Assembly: GCA_002773395.1 (NCBI GenBank)
Contig: PFBI01000006.1
Span: forward strand, 335,860 to 399,859
Length of the DNA stretch: 64,000 bases
Reading direction: 5' to 3'
Origin: Candidatus Kaiserbacteria bacterium CG10_big_fil_rev_8_21_14_0_10_47_16
GTDB lineage: Bacteria > Patescibacteriota > Minisyncoccia > Phycocordibacterales > UBA918
Of the stretch, positions 1 through 8,334 are shown piece by piece. The notes beneath the pieces are model-generated. The model made no database searches, had not been told where the DNA came from, and saw nothing but the letters and a program-made list of their open reading frames with translations. Numbering within the stretch: the first letter of the stretch is position 1; every line of letters begins with the position of its first letter. A program made the translations under genes and the position numbers.

Positions 1-867
1 CGCGTGAATATTTTGTGCTTCAGTAATCTTTCGTTCGATGTCACCAAGGCGACGCTCGATGTCAGAACGTTCTGCATCACGTACACCGCTCTTGATAGAA
101 CTAAAGAGTGCATACGCCTTCGCCATTTCAGTTCGCACTCGTGCTGAGAGCTTATCGTATGACGGAGTATCGACACTCTTTGTTGCATCTGCTGTTGCTT
201 TCGCGTCGCGCACAACACTTGCAATACCATTTGCTGGTGCACTACGTGCATCTGTTCCCTTGAGTACCGCTGTCTGCACTTCAAGTGCAGTACTAAATGT
301 GATTTCAGCAATCGCTGCTTCATCAGCATCACTCTCTTTAAGTTCAGTAATACCCTTCTGTGCTGCATCTGCATGTTCTTTCACATCAACTGCAATCGCT
401 TCTTCAATATCATTCGTAAGCTTCCCTTCCTTTGCAAGAAGTCGCGCTTCTGCAATACGACGTTCCATGAGTGACGTTTCAAAACTTACCTTCTCGTACG
501 GTGAGTTTGCAAACTGTCCGAGAATTGTTTCATTCACATTTGTCTTCACTGGGTAGAGTACATCCCCTGGCACAGAACGTTCTGCAATAAATGGAATCGT
601 TCCAATGATGAGCAGGAACATAAATACACCAGCGGTTGCGCGGGCATACGTGTGTGTACTCAGTTCACTTATATATTTAAATGCGTAGACGCTTCCCGCC
701 CACGCGCGCTGACCGAGGTCAGGCTGCGCCTGTTCTGTTTGCAGATTCTTCGGAAGCGGGTGGTACTCCATGTACGTCAAAATCCGATCGCGAAGCTCTG
801 CGCGTTCTGCCGCCTTGAGGCGAGTTTTTTCTGCGTATTTTGCTATTTCAGTATCAAAAGATTTCAT
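1..867 (-). CDS. Putative anti-sigma factor-like membrane protein (single TM; partner of the adjacent ECF sigma). 3' end lies beyond the window start.
   Basis: Manual minus-strand translation from ATG at ~865-867 gives MKSFDTEIAKYAEKTRLKAAERAELRDRILTYMEYHPLP... with one hydrophobic helix (VFMFLLIIGTIPFIA). The frame stays open to position 1. It starts 4 nt after the stop of the ECF sigma gene. It is not in the ORF track because it runs off the edge. Confidence 0.5.
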   Translation of the reverse strand, partial: MKSFDTEIAKYAEKTRLKAAERAELRDRILTYMEYHPLPKNLQTEQAQPDLGQRAWAGSVYAFKYISELSTHTYARATAGVFMFLLIIGTIPFIAERSVPGDVLYPVKTNVNETILGQFANSPYEKVSFETSLMERRIAEARLLAKEGKLTNDIEEAIAVDVKEHADAAQKGITELKESDADEAAIAEITFSTALEVQTAVLKGTDARSAPANGIASVVRDAKATADATKSVDTPSYDKLSARVRTEMAKAYALFSSIKSGVRDAERSDIERRLGDIERKITEAQNIHA

Positions 868-871
868 ATCG

Positions 872-1516
872 TTATTTTGCTTCCCCGCCGTAGTAGGGCG
901 AAGTACGTCTGATGCGTGCCATTTCTTCTGCGGTCTCGATTCGTTCTTTCAGAATCTTGATTCCTCGATGGATCCGTACGGAGACGACGTTTTCTGATTC
1001 TTCAACCAGATCACTAATCTCTTTTGGACCAAGGCCGTCCACGAAACGGAGCGTGAGTACTTCCCGATACATGTCCGGAATGTCCCCCATCATTTCGAGC
1101 GCCTGCTTTGCATCGAGTGCAAATGTCATTTCCTCAAGTGAGCCTTCGTGCAACTCGTCAAAATTTCCCTCATCTATCCCTTCTTCACTCATCAACCCAT
1201 CGAGTGACACGCTCTTTCGTTTGCGGTACTCGTCGATAATGAGATTGTTGAGGATTTTATAGAGAAATGGTTTGTACGAATCAACCGTATGCCCACTCCG
1301 AATATAACTCCATACTTTCGTAAATGTGTCATGGACGATTTCAACCGCCCGCTCACGATCCGAAAGTCGGTACGTCGCATGCCGAAACAAAGCGTCGGCA
1401 TATTCATCAAACGCTTTCAAAAAGCGATCTTCCTGATTTCCTCCACCTTTTTCTTCTCCCAAAGACATGTGGAAACCATTATAAGCGATGACGGGCCAAA
1501 AGCCGATATCTTTCAC
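872..1516 (-). CDS. RNA polymerase sigma-70 factor, ECF subfamily
   Basis: The protein shows sigma-70 region 2 and region 4 signatures (ADALFRHATYRL...; RFVDGLGPKEISDL...). The true start may be the internal Met at ~1468. Confidence 0.85.
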   Translation of the reverse strand: MKDIGFWPVIAYNGFHMSLGEEKGGGNQEDRFLKAFDEYADALFRHATYRLSDRERAVEIVHDTFTKVWSYIRSGHTVDSYKPFLYKILNNLIIDEYRKRKSVSLDGLMSEEGIDEGNFDELHEGSLEEMTFALDAKQALEMMGDIPDMYREVLTLRFVDGLGPKEISDLVEESENVVSVRIHRGIKILKERIETAEEMARIRRTSPYYGGEAK

Positions 1517-1536
1517 CGTACAGTGAGGATAGCCAG

Positions 1537-2154
1537 TTATGCCATCTTTTTGAGCAGGTCAAGCAACTCGGGGAATGTTTCCTGGAGGAAGTGGCCACGA
1601 TCTTCAAAAATATGCATGTGGGCTGCGGGGAGCAATTCCTGGAGACGTTCCGCATGAGAAAATGGCACAATATCATCGTCCTTTGAGTGAAAAAGATGTA
1701 TGTCCTTTATAGTATTTGAAATGTCCTTTACAAGATCTGGCTTAAAATGGAAATCCCCGCCGTCTTCCTCACCAAAATCATCTTTATAGGCGGGAGCACC
1801 GACAGTAATAAGGCCTCTTACTGCAACAGGTAACTGATTTTCAGAAAGGTACCTGTAGAGAAATTCGCCGCCCTGTGAGTGACCAATCAAAATCACCCCG
1901 TCATGAAGAAATCCGAAGTAGCGCTCGAACCATATCTTCCATTCCTCATATTTTGCGTTGTTATGACTCGGCATTGAAGGTCGATAGACCTCAAAATCGT
2001 CCCCGAGTACTTCCCCCATGCTTTTGGACCAACCTTTTCGCGGTGATTCAAGCCCAAGCGGGTCACTAATCTCCATTGTACGAAGTCGCTCAAGATACAT
2101 CTCGTAGGTACTAAATGCTTCCCCTCCATGTATATGTACAATTTGCTGTTTCAT
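1537..2154 (-). CDS. Alpha/beta-fold serine hydrolase (RBBP9/YdeN-like)
   Basis: GHSQGG nucleophile-elbow motif, about 200 aa, with an H near the C-terminus. It contains two copies of the TGTCCTTTAY motif inside the CDS. Confidence 0.6.
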   Translation of the reverse strand: MKQQIVHIHGGEAFSTYEMYLERLRTMEISDPLGLESPRKGWSKSMGEVLGDDFEVYRPSMPSHNNAKYEEWKIWFERYFGFLHDGVILIGHSQGGEFLYRYLSENQLPVAVRGLITVGAPAYKDDFGEEDGGDFHFKPDLVKDISNTIKDIHLFHSKDDDIVPFSHAERLQELLPAAHMHIFEDRGHFLQETFPELLDLLKKMA

Positions 2155-2157
2155 ACT

Positions 2158-3081
2158 TTAAAACCAACGTTTCTGGATAAAGAAGTGTGTCACAATCGCC
2201 ATTGTTGTCACAATCAGGATCCCCACAAGCCAAAACGAGTACGGATGATCTGCAAGCGGCAATGGAACATTCATTCCGTAGAGTGAGGAAACAATGGTCG
2301 GGATGGTAAGAATAATAGTGAGCGCCGTGAGCATCTTGATCGTGCTATTGAGCTGCTGTGTGAGAATCGCTTCTGATGCACCGCGAATATTCTGAATGGT
2401 TTTAAGGACTGAGCGTGCAGAATCTGCAAGCTGACTGTTCGCAATCATAAGATCTTCCATAAGCGCAACGTCCTCCGTGTACATCTGAATATGACTTCCG
2501 ACAGTAAGCTGCTGGAGCCACGCATTCGTAGGAACAATCGCTGAGAGCGTGTCATTGAGCTTGTGTTCAAAGGTTACCAAACGTTGAATATCCTGCCCGT
2601 GAATGTCCTGCACGCGGGTACGGTCTCGGTACACCGCCTTTCGCATACGTGTGAGGTCATGATCGAACGACGATGTGAGGGCGGACATAAACTGAATGAA
2701 GAGCTTTGTCTTTTGCGTGGTAACAATTTCCTCTCTTCCATCAAAGAAGGGTTTCAGAAATGGTACGTCACGCTGCGCGACAGTGAGTACAAATGATTCC
2801 CCTACCACAATAAGCAGCGGTGCTGAATCCGTATCTTCTTTCTTCTCATCAAACGGATACCGTGTAAAAAAGTACGAAACACTTCCCGATCGTTCAAAGC
2901 GTGGAACCTCAAAAAAATCCTTACTATCAGCCACAATTTGAGCATCAAGCCCGTACGATTCCACAAGGAGTGCAATCTCTTCTTCGCTTGGCGCGACCGC
3001 ATGCGTCCACATGCCCGTGCGGATATCTTCCGACGTTTTGAGCTCAGTATCTTTTACGGTACGAAAGTAGTGTGTGATCAT
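2158..3081 (-). CDS. corA: Magnesium/cobalt transporter CorA
   Basis: YGMNV (GMN) signature and two C-terminal TM helices. Length and layout are typical of CorA. Confidence 0.85.
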   Translation of the reverse strand: MITHYFRTVKDTELKTSEDIRTGMWTHAVAPSEEEIALLVESYGLDAQIVADSKDFFEVPRFERSGSVSYFFTRYPFDEKKEDTDSAPLLIVVGESFVLTVAQRDVPFLKPFFDGREEIVTTQKTKLFIQFMSALTSSFDHDLTRMRKAVYRDRTRVQDIHGQDIQRLVTFEHKLNDTLSAIVPTNAWLQQLTVGSHIQMYTEDVALMEDLMIANSQLADSARSVLKTIQNIRGASEAILTQQLNSTIKMLTALTIILTIPTIVSSLYGMNVPLPLADHPYSFWLVGILIVTTMAIVTHFFIQKRWF

Positions 3082-3500
3082 AGTGTTTCAAAATATGCTT
3101 CTAACGCTCGACGGTAACTATCAAACAGAGAGATGTTCGGTAATTCTTCTTTGGTAATCCATTGTACTTCTGCCACTTCGTCTTGTGCAATACGTAAGGG
3201 TTCTTCGGGATTTTGCATGGTTGCGGTGTACGCAACTAACAGTCTATAGGCTGCTTCTTTTTTATGAAAATGTTGTTCCACATACACTACCCTCCCAATA
3301 TCACAATGGACACCGAGTTCTTCATACAATTCGCGTGCAAGACCTGATTTTGGATCTTCATTTGTATTTAATCGTCCGCCCGGTATTTCCCACGTGGTCG
3401 CATCATTGACGCCGCGTGTAATAAGAATTTTATTGCCTTGAGAAATGATACCTTTCTGTGCAACTTTTCCAGAGAAATGTTCTTCGTCCCGTTCTTGCAT
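3078..3500 (-). CDS. NUDIX hydrolase
   Basis: Nudix box GGRLNTNEDPKSGLARELYEELGV (Gx5Ex7REuxEExGu). Confidence 0.8.
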   Translation of the reverse strand: MQERDEEHFSGKVAQKGIISQGNKILITRGVNDATTWEIPGGRLNTNEDPKSGLARELYEELGVHCDIGRVVYVEQHFHKKEAAYRLLVAYTATMQNPEEPLRIAQDEVAEVQWITKEELPNISLFDSYRRALEAYFETL

Positions 3501-3777
3501 ACACAGGATTATATCACTCCCTCTACAGAACTCGCATTTTTTGTAGTGTAGTGGTATTATTTCGCGTACGTTTGACTGGGTTTCCTGGTCAGATTTAGGG
3601 CTTACGAGTTGTATCTTCGCCTACCGGCTCGATACCCCTCCTCTTCGCTCGGATATCGAGAGTCGCAAGCAAACGATATAAAGAACGAGTCACAAGAGCA
3701 TCGGGTTGGCTGCATCCGCAGCACCCCTCGCTCGAAAGTCATGAATAAAAACAAGCTTTTATTCACTCTTTCTCACT

Positions 3778-3848
3778 CGGGGTGTAGCATAGTGGTAGTG
3801 TACGCGGTTTGGGACCGTGTGGTCCGGGTTCGATTCCCGGCTCCCCGA
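3778..3848 (+). tRNA. tRNA-Pro (anticodon UGG)
   Basis: Manual fold: acceptor CGGGGTG/CTCCCCG with one U-U at 6:67, D-arm GCAT/GTGT, anticodon stem CGCGG/CCGTG, loop TTTGGGA giving anticodon TGG, T-arm CCGGG-TTCGATT-CCCGG, discriminator A. It closely parallels E. coli tRNA-Pro(UGG). Confidence 0.75.
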
Positions 3849-4051
3849 CAAAGACGAAGTTTTTGTCCATGTAGAATCACAAGACTTCTCCGAGAAACAC
3901 GGCTGACTAGCGTGTTTCGAGCATCCTATAAGTCCAGTGAATTGTTTGTCGATAGTAGTGTCGACAAACTCCAACTGGAAAAATCTGCCGACGAGGCAAT
4001 TTTTCCAGGCAATACTAAAACAAATAAAAGACAGGTTCTGCCTGCCTTTTA

Positions 4052-4079
4052 TTGTAAAAATATATAAATCCTGTAGTAT
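4052..4079 (+). promoter_or_regulatory. Sigma-70-like promoter (TTGTAA-16-TAGTAT) for the small ORF 4108-4398
   Basis: A -35 TTGTAA and -10 TAGTAT with a 16 nt spacer, followed by a GGAGGT Shine-Dalgarno 5 nt before the ATG at 4108. Confidence 0.4.
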
Positions 4080-4107
4080 TCCACCGAACAGCACCTTGGA
4101 GGTCAAA

Positions 4108-4398
4108 ATGCCAAAATACCACGTAATAGCGTGGCGAGCTCCGGGTGAAGCAGCTTGCTTCTTTCGCGGAGACAATCGTTACGCCATATACCTGCCTTTC
4201 ATCTCATCGACAGGTATAACAAAGGGGTGGGTTTCGGACATTTCTGAAGCTCGAGTCTTTGAAGGTTACCCTTGTCTAGACAGAAGAAGTGCTTCGAAGA
4301 GACTCGATCTCTCGAGAATTCGAGTCTTCCCCTACGATGGACCCATCTTATCCAGCCAGATCTTCCGGCCCATAGTTAGGCCGCGCTCCCGCTTCTAA
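4108..4398 (+). CDS. Hypothetical small basic protein (about 96 aa)
   Basis: Internal Met of track ORF 3937-4398 with a strong RBS (GGAGGTcaaaATG). An upstream promoter-like site and a downstream hairpin plus T-rich tract (about 4416-4450) flank it. No recognisable family. Confidence 0.4.
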   Translation: MPKYHVIAWRAPGEAACFFRGDNRYAIYLPFISSTGITKGWVSDISEARVFEGYPCLDRRSASKRLDLSRIRVFPYDGPILSSQIFRPIVRPRSRF

Positions 4399-4482
4399 CA
4401 AGACACCACCACACCCGACGGAATCACCTCCGCTCGGGTGATTTCTGTTTCACATGAAACTTCCTAGCTAAAATATAAAAAC

Positions 4483-4519
4483 CTAAAAGGGCGCGTCCAC
4501 GAGAATGTGAAACGCGCCC
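4483..4519 (-). terminator. Rho-independent terminator of yraN (minus-strand hairpin AGGGCGCG...CGCGCCCT followed by a T-run on the minus strand)
   Basis: Inverted repeat GGGCGCG/CGCGCCC with an A-run on the plus strand, which is a U-run on the minus strand, immediately downstream of the yraN stop. Confidence 0.5.
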
Positions 4520-4578
4520 TCCGTGTTGCTATGAATAAAGATCTTCTGAGTAGAAGAATACGCCTATTTTTTGGAATG

Positions 4579-5007
4579 TCAATACCCCAACTCCACCCCC
4601 TCAACAACCTCCACAACCGCGTACTTTTCACGTGGAACGGTCCTGACCGCTGCTACATCCACCTGAATATCCCCTTTCCAAGCCTTTTCTGATATCCATG
4701 TCTCAATGACGCGCCGTAAACGCTGTCTTTTATGAAAATGCACGTTATCTTCCGGTTTATACGTTCCATGTGAAACATTCCGCTCTAAATCCCCTATTGT
4801 TTCATGTGAAACTGTTTTTACCTCAACAAAGTATACTTTTAGGCCTTTTTTAAGAATAAGATCAATCTCTCCCCACTTCTGGCGATAGTTCCGCTCCAAC
4901 ATCTCAAATCCTCTCTCCATATACCAAAGTGCCGCAATATCTTCACCTATAACACCAACAGATATGTGTGCCGGTGCATTCATGAGGATGCTGTCACTAT
5001 GTTTCAT
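4579..5007 (-). CDS. yraN: YraN family (UPF0102) predicted endonuclease
   Basis: GEIDLI and VEVK motifs characteristic of UPF0102/YraN. It carries two GTTTCA-NN-TGAAAC-type sites inside the CDS and one over its start codon. Confidence 0.75.
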   Translation of the reverse strand: MKHSDSILMNAPAHISVGVIGEDIAALWYMERGFEMLERNYRQKWGEIDLILKKGLKVYFVEVKTVSHETIGDLERNVSHGTYKPEDNVHFHKRQRLRRVIETWISEKAWKGDIQVDVAAVRTVPREKYAVVEVVEGVELGY

Positions 5008-5114
5008 ATGAAACAGTATACCGTGTCTTATACCGCTACCTGCATGGGTTTCATGTGAAACACGTACAATATGGCTTATTTATTGAAACAATATGTTCCA
5101 CGTGGAACATATTG
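5001..5114. promoter_or_regulatory. Cluster of palindromic operator-like sites upstream of yraN: GTTTCATATGAAAC (5001-5014), GTTTCATGTGAAAC (5048-5061) and a 26-nt palindrome CAATATGTTCCACGTGGAACATATTG (5089-5114)
   Basis: Perfect inverted repeats read directly. Related copies are at 4447-4460, 4763-4776 (degenerate) and 4799-4812. Confidence 0.5.
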
Positions 5115-5261
5115 AAATACAGTGTACAACATGTACTTTATGAGAAACCTATATTTTGAGCCCTTTCTATGCAAAAAGTGTCTTTTATAGCGATGTCCTT
5201 TATGCACATATCCCCTCTCTTATGCACAGTTTTCCACTGCCTGAATGAGTAAAAGACGGTG

Positions 5262-5289
5262 TTGACTATATATTGTTATGTGGTATAAA
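5262..5289 (+). promoter_or_regulatory. Sigma-70-like promoter TTGACT-16-TATAAA for the 5351 membrane-protein gene
   Basis: Consensus-like -35 and -10 with a 16 nt spacer, about 60 nt upstream of the ATG with a GGAAAGGG RBS. Confidence 0.45.
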
Positions 5290-5350
5290 TACCAATAGTT
5301 TACGGTCTTGTCCTGATATACATCACAATTTGCTTGGGAAAGGGTACTAA

Positions 5351-5782
5351 ATGACGACCTACAGTGGAAAAAAGGGTAGCGAGAGCCTGAGTATGGCTCC
5401 ATTTACCTTTATCGGCGGTCTTTTCTTCCTAGGGTTTGCGGCACTCGCCGTAACCGTGGGATACGTTCAGGACTTCAAAAACGTCCACTGGGGCGGTGTC
5501 CTTGCTTTCGTGGCAATCGGCGCCACCATGATGTGGTACGGAGCGGCGGGTATGCGGGCCGATCGCAAGAAAGCGCTCAACACAGCCCCTGTGCAAACTC
5601 AGCCGGCTGAGACCAGTCAAAAAACCACGGGCTGGATACTGCTGGCGGGTTCGGCTGCAGTCTGTATTCTGTCAACAGCCCTCAGCTACGGCAACGTTCT
5701 TTCCGACTTCTGGAGCGGCAGCGCATTGGGGATCGCCCTAAGCATTGCCGTCTGGGGTCTGGTAAGGATCTTCCGGAAGTAA
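5351..5782 (+). CDS. Hypothetical membrane protein (4 predicted TM helices)
   Basis: Hydrophobic segments FTFIGGLFFLGFAALAV, GGVLAFVAIGATMMWY, GWILLAGSAAVCIL and ALGIALSIAVWGL. The region appears more GC-rich than its flanks. Confidence 0.6.
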   Translation: MTTYSGKKGSESLSMAPFTFIGGLFFLGFAALAVTVGYVQDFKNVHWGGVLAFVAIGATMMWYGAAGMRADRKKALNTAPVQTQPAETSQKTTGWILLAGSAAVCILSTALSYGNVLSDFWSGSALGIALSIAVWGLVRIFRK

Positions 5783-5800
5783 TCACCGCCACCGGCCGGT

Positions 5801-5852
5801 TCAAGCCTCGGGTTTCAAGGATCGTATGATCTAAGAAACCTGAGGCTTTTCT
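5801..5852 (+). terminator. Hairpin plus T-tract (AAGCCTCGGGTTT...AAACCTGAGGCTTTTC), a putative terminator
   Basis: Imperfect 13-bp inverted repeat followed by TTTTC. Confidence 0.4.
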
Positions 5853-5866
5853 AATACCTAAAAGGT

Positions 5867-5894
5867 TGACGGACTGGCGTATTTCCTGTACATT
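5867..5894 (+). promoter_or_regulatory. Sigma-70-like promoter TTGACG-16-TACATT ahead of a roughly 300 nt leader and rpsN
   Basis: The -35 and -10 with a 16 nt spacer sit about 320 nt upstream of the rpsN ATG. Confidence 0.4.
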
Positions 5895-6216
5895 AGCCCT
5901 CGTAGCGTTTACGCATTCTCTAGTGAGTTACGTAGAAACAACGCACCGATCAAAACGATTTCTCCGGAAATCTGAGACGGAACGCGAATTTTTTCGTACC
6001 TACGAGAATTGCGGGTAGGGGAGGACGGTCACAACATACTATGTGAGACCACTCGTCAAACGTTTGAAAAAGATTTCTGTGGCGAGCTGCCGCGTTATGG
6101 GTCCCGACCGACTCATCACCATATGGGATATATGGCTCTGTCGTCGGTCATCCCATGCCTTGCACTTCATCCACATAAATACTTTTCCAAGAATATTACA
6201 ATTCTAATTTACTTAG

Positions 6217-6402
6217 ATGGCACGAACATCAATCATCGTACGCTCACAACGTGAGCCGAAGTTCAAAAGTCGCGTCGTCCGACGTTGCTTCAAATGTGGT
6301 CGCAAGCGTGGGTACATGCGCGACTTCGACATGTGTCGTATTTGTTTCCGTGAGGCAGCAAACGAAGGGGTATTACCAGGTGTAAAGAAATCATCATGGT
6401 AG
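6217..6402 (+). CDS. rpsN: 30S ribosomal protein S14 type Z (Zn-binding)
   Basis: 61 aa with the CxxC...CxxC motif ([10 protein letters not shown]...CRICFRE). Ordered with the spc operon genes. Confidence 0.9.
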   Translation: MARTSIIVRSQREPKFKSRVVRRCFKCGRKRGYMRDFDMCRICFREAANEGVLPGVKKSSW

Positions 6403-6791
6403 GAGATCCAGTAGGGGACTTTATCATCCAGCTTAAGAACGCTGGCATGGTAGGGAAGATGGAAGTAAATCTTCCATACTCAAAGCTCAAAGCAGCAATT
6501 GCTGACAAGCTTGCTGAAGCAGGTTTCGTCGCGAGTGCTGAAAAGCGAGGAAAGAAGGTAAAGAAGACACTCGATGTTGTACTTAAGTACGACGAACGCG
6601 GTGACCACGCAATTCGTGGAGTACAGCGCATTTCAAAACCTGGTCGACGTCTCTACATCGGTGTATCAGACATTCATCCAGTAAAGTTCGGAAAGGGTAA
6701 GCGTATCCTTTCAACTCCTGCAGGTATTCTAACCGGCGAAGAAGCGCGCGAGAAGAATGTTGGTGGTGAGGAACTCTTTATTATTTGGTAA
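6396..6791 (+). CDS. rpsH: 30S ribosomal protein S8
   Basis: N-terminal [13 protein letters not shown] matches the S8 signature. Position after rpsN. Confidence 0.9.
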   Translation: MVGDPVGDFIIQLKNAGMVGKMEVNLPYSKLKAAIADKLAEAGFVASAEKRGKKVKKTLDVVLKYDERGDHAIRGVQRISKPGRRLYIGVSDIHPVKFGKGKRILSTPAGILTGEEAREKNVGGEELFIIW

Positions 6792-6801
6792 TAGAACGTA
6801 T

Positions 6802-7335
6802 ATGAGTCGACTTGGAAAAATCCCCGTAGTAATCCCGTCAGGTGTCGAAGTGACATTTGTTGGTGGTATGCTCACGGTCAAAGGACCAAAGGGAACACTT
6901 GCACGTCCTGTTACCGATGCGGTGACGGTTACGATTGCTGATGGCGCAGTGACGCTCGCACCAAAAGTTGGCGCTGAAAACGCACCAGCGCTTTGGGGAA
7001 CGTACGCAGCACACCTCCGCAACATGGTTGAGGGTGTTACGAACGGTTTCAAAAAGGAACTTGAGATTGAAGGAGTTGGATACCGTGCGGCAGCGCAAGG
7101 ACGAAAGATCACACTCAGTGTTGGTTTTTCACACCCGGTAGAACTTGAAGCACCAGAAGGTATCGAGATTGCTGTTGAGAAGAACCTCATCACGATTACC
7201 GGAAGTGATAAAGATGCTGTTGGTCAGTTTGCGGCAAACGTACGCGAAGTGAAGAAGCCAGAACCATACAAGGGGAAGGGTATTCACTACGTTGGCGAAT
7301 ACATTATTCGAAAGCAGGGTAAGAAGGCTGTGTAA
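6802..7335 (+). CDS. rplF: 50S ribosomal protein L6
   Basis: MSRLGKIPVVIPSGVEV... L6 signature. The track ORF starts at 6757; the likely true start is the Met at 6802. Confidence 0.9.
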   Translation: MSRLGKIPVVIPSGVEVTFVGGMLTVKGPKGTLARPVTDAVTVTIADGAVTLAPKVGAENAPALWGTYAAHLRNMVEGVTNGFKKELEIEGVGYRAAAQGRKITLSVGFSHPVELEAPEGIEIAVEKNLITITGSDKDAVGQFAANVREVKKPEPYKGKGIHYVGEYIIRKQGKKAV

Positions 7336-7340
7336 GGTAA

Positions 7341-7691
7341 TTGCGTATGAATAACTCGAAAATAACACTCCGAACTCGACGTCACGCACGTATTCGTTCA
7401 CGTATCATTGGTACCGCAGAACGACCACGTCTTGCAGTCTTTCGTAGTAACCGTGCGATTTACGCACAGCTCATCGATGATGCTGCGGGCACAACGATTG
7501 CTGCGGCTGACTCACGAACAATGAAGGAGACAACATCACGCGGACGAGCCGGCGAAGTAGGGAAGGCAATTGCAAAAGCAGCAACAGCAAAAGGAATTAC
7601 TGCGGTCGTATTTGACCGTGGAGGATTCCAATACCAAGGCGTCATCGCAGCAGTTGCTGACGGTGCACGAGAAGGTGGTCTTACATTTTAA
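7341..7691 (+). CDS. rplR: 50S ribosomal protein L18
   Basis: L18 family sequence (RLAVFRSNRAIYAQLIDD...GITAVVFDRGGFQYQG). Confidence 0.9.
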   Translation: MRMNNSKITLRTRRHARIRSRIIGTAERPRLAVFRSNRAIYAQLIDDAAGTTIAAADSRTMKETTSRGRAGEVGKAIAKAATAKGITAVVFDRGGFQYQGVIAAVADGAREGGLTF

Positions 7692-7703
7692 TCACATTAA
7701 GTA

Positions 7704-8324
7704 TTGCGTATGACAGAAAATACAACAAAGGATTCAGTACCAACAACACCTGTTGCGACTGAAGGCCAACCGGAGACAGCTGCCCCACAAACTGCGGGAG
7801 CACCTGCGAGCGAAACGCCAGATGAACGCAAGCGTAACCCACGACGACCACGTCGCGCACGCCGCGGTGGAAATCGTCGAGAGGAACGCGCGCGTCCTGA
7901 GTTTGAACAAAAGATTATCAGTATCCGTCGTGTAACACGTGTGATGGCCGGAGGTCGTCGATTCAGTTTCAGTGTTGCGATGGTTATTGGTGACAAGCGC
8001 GGAAAGGTAGGCGTTGGTATCGGGAAAGCGGGGGACACCCAGCTTGCAATCGAGAAGGCGTACCGAGATGCGAAGAAAAATATCATGACGGTACCAATGA
8101 ACAAGACCCAGCACATCCCACACGACGTTACTATCAAGTACGCGTCGAGTGAGGTGATGATCATGCCTGCACCAGGACGTGGACTCGTTGCCGGTTCATC
8201 AGTACGTACCGTACTTGAACTCGCAGGAGTAAAGGACGTGACCGCAAAGCTGCTCTCACGATCAAAGAACAAACTTAACAATGCACGCGCTGCAATTGCT
8301 GCGCTCGAGCTTCTCAAAGCGTAA
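7704..8324 (+). CDS. rpsE: 30S ribosomal protein S5 (with an N-terminal low-complexity extension)
   Basis: S5 dsRBD and C-terminal domain (ISIRRVTRVMAGGRRFSFSVAMVIGD...). Confidence 0.9.
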   Translation: MRMTENTTKDSVPTTPVATEGQPETAAPQTAGAPASETPDERKRNPRRPRRARRGGNRREERARPEFEQKIISIRRVTRVMAGGRRFSFSVAMVIGDKRGKVGVGIGKAGDTQLAIEKAYRDAKKNIMTVPMNKTQHIPHDVTIKYASSEVMIMPAPGRGLVAGSSVRTVLELAGVKDVTAKLLSRSKNKLNNARAAIAALELLKA

Positions 8325-8334
8325 TGAAATTACT

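Noticed and set aside
38-556. Plus-strand ORF (172 aa, Ser/Ala/Thr-rich low complexity)
   Set aside because: It is antisense to a minus-strand reading frame that translates into a plausible membrane-anchored protein contiguous with the ECF sigma gene, and its composition looks like mirror-frame artefact.
3609-4175. ORFs 3609-4067 (+) and 3759-4175 (-)
   Set aside because: Both overlap the tRNA-Pro gene and each other, and lack ribosome-binding sites. Only the 4108-4398 sub-ORF has promoter, RBS and terminator support.
3850-4578. Possibility that the long non-coding stretch after tRNA-Pro is tmRNA, RNase P RNA or SRP RNA
   Set aside because: I could not find any of the diagnostic conserved blocks by eye: GGAAAGTCCGGGC or ACAGAA.CCGGCTTA for RNase P, GTCAGGTCCGGAAGGAAGCAGC for SRP, or a tag ORF ending in Ala-Ala-stop plus a tRNA-like 3' end for tmRNA. 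This is unresolved without Infernal.
7697-8317. Minus-strand 206-aa ORF and the other antisense ORFs across the ribosomal protein genes
   Set aside because: They lie fully inside well-supported ribosomal protein genes on the opposite strand, and their composition is arginine- and serine-rich mirror-frame noise.
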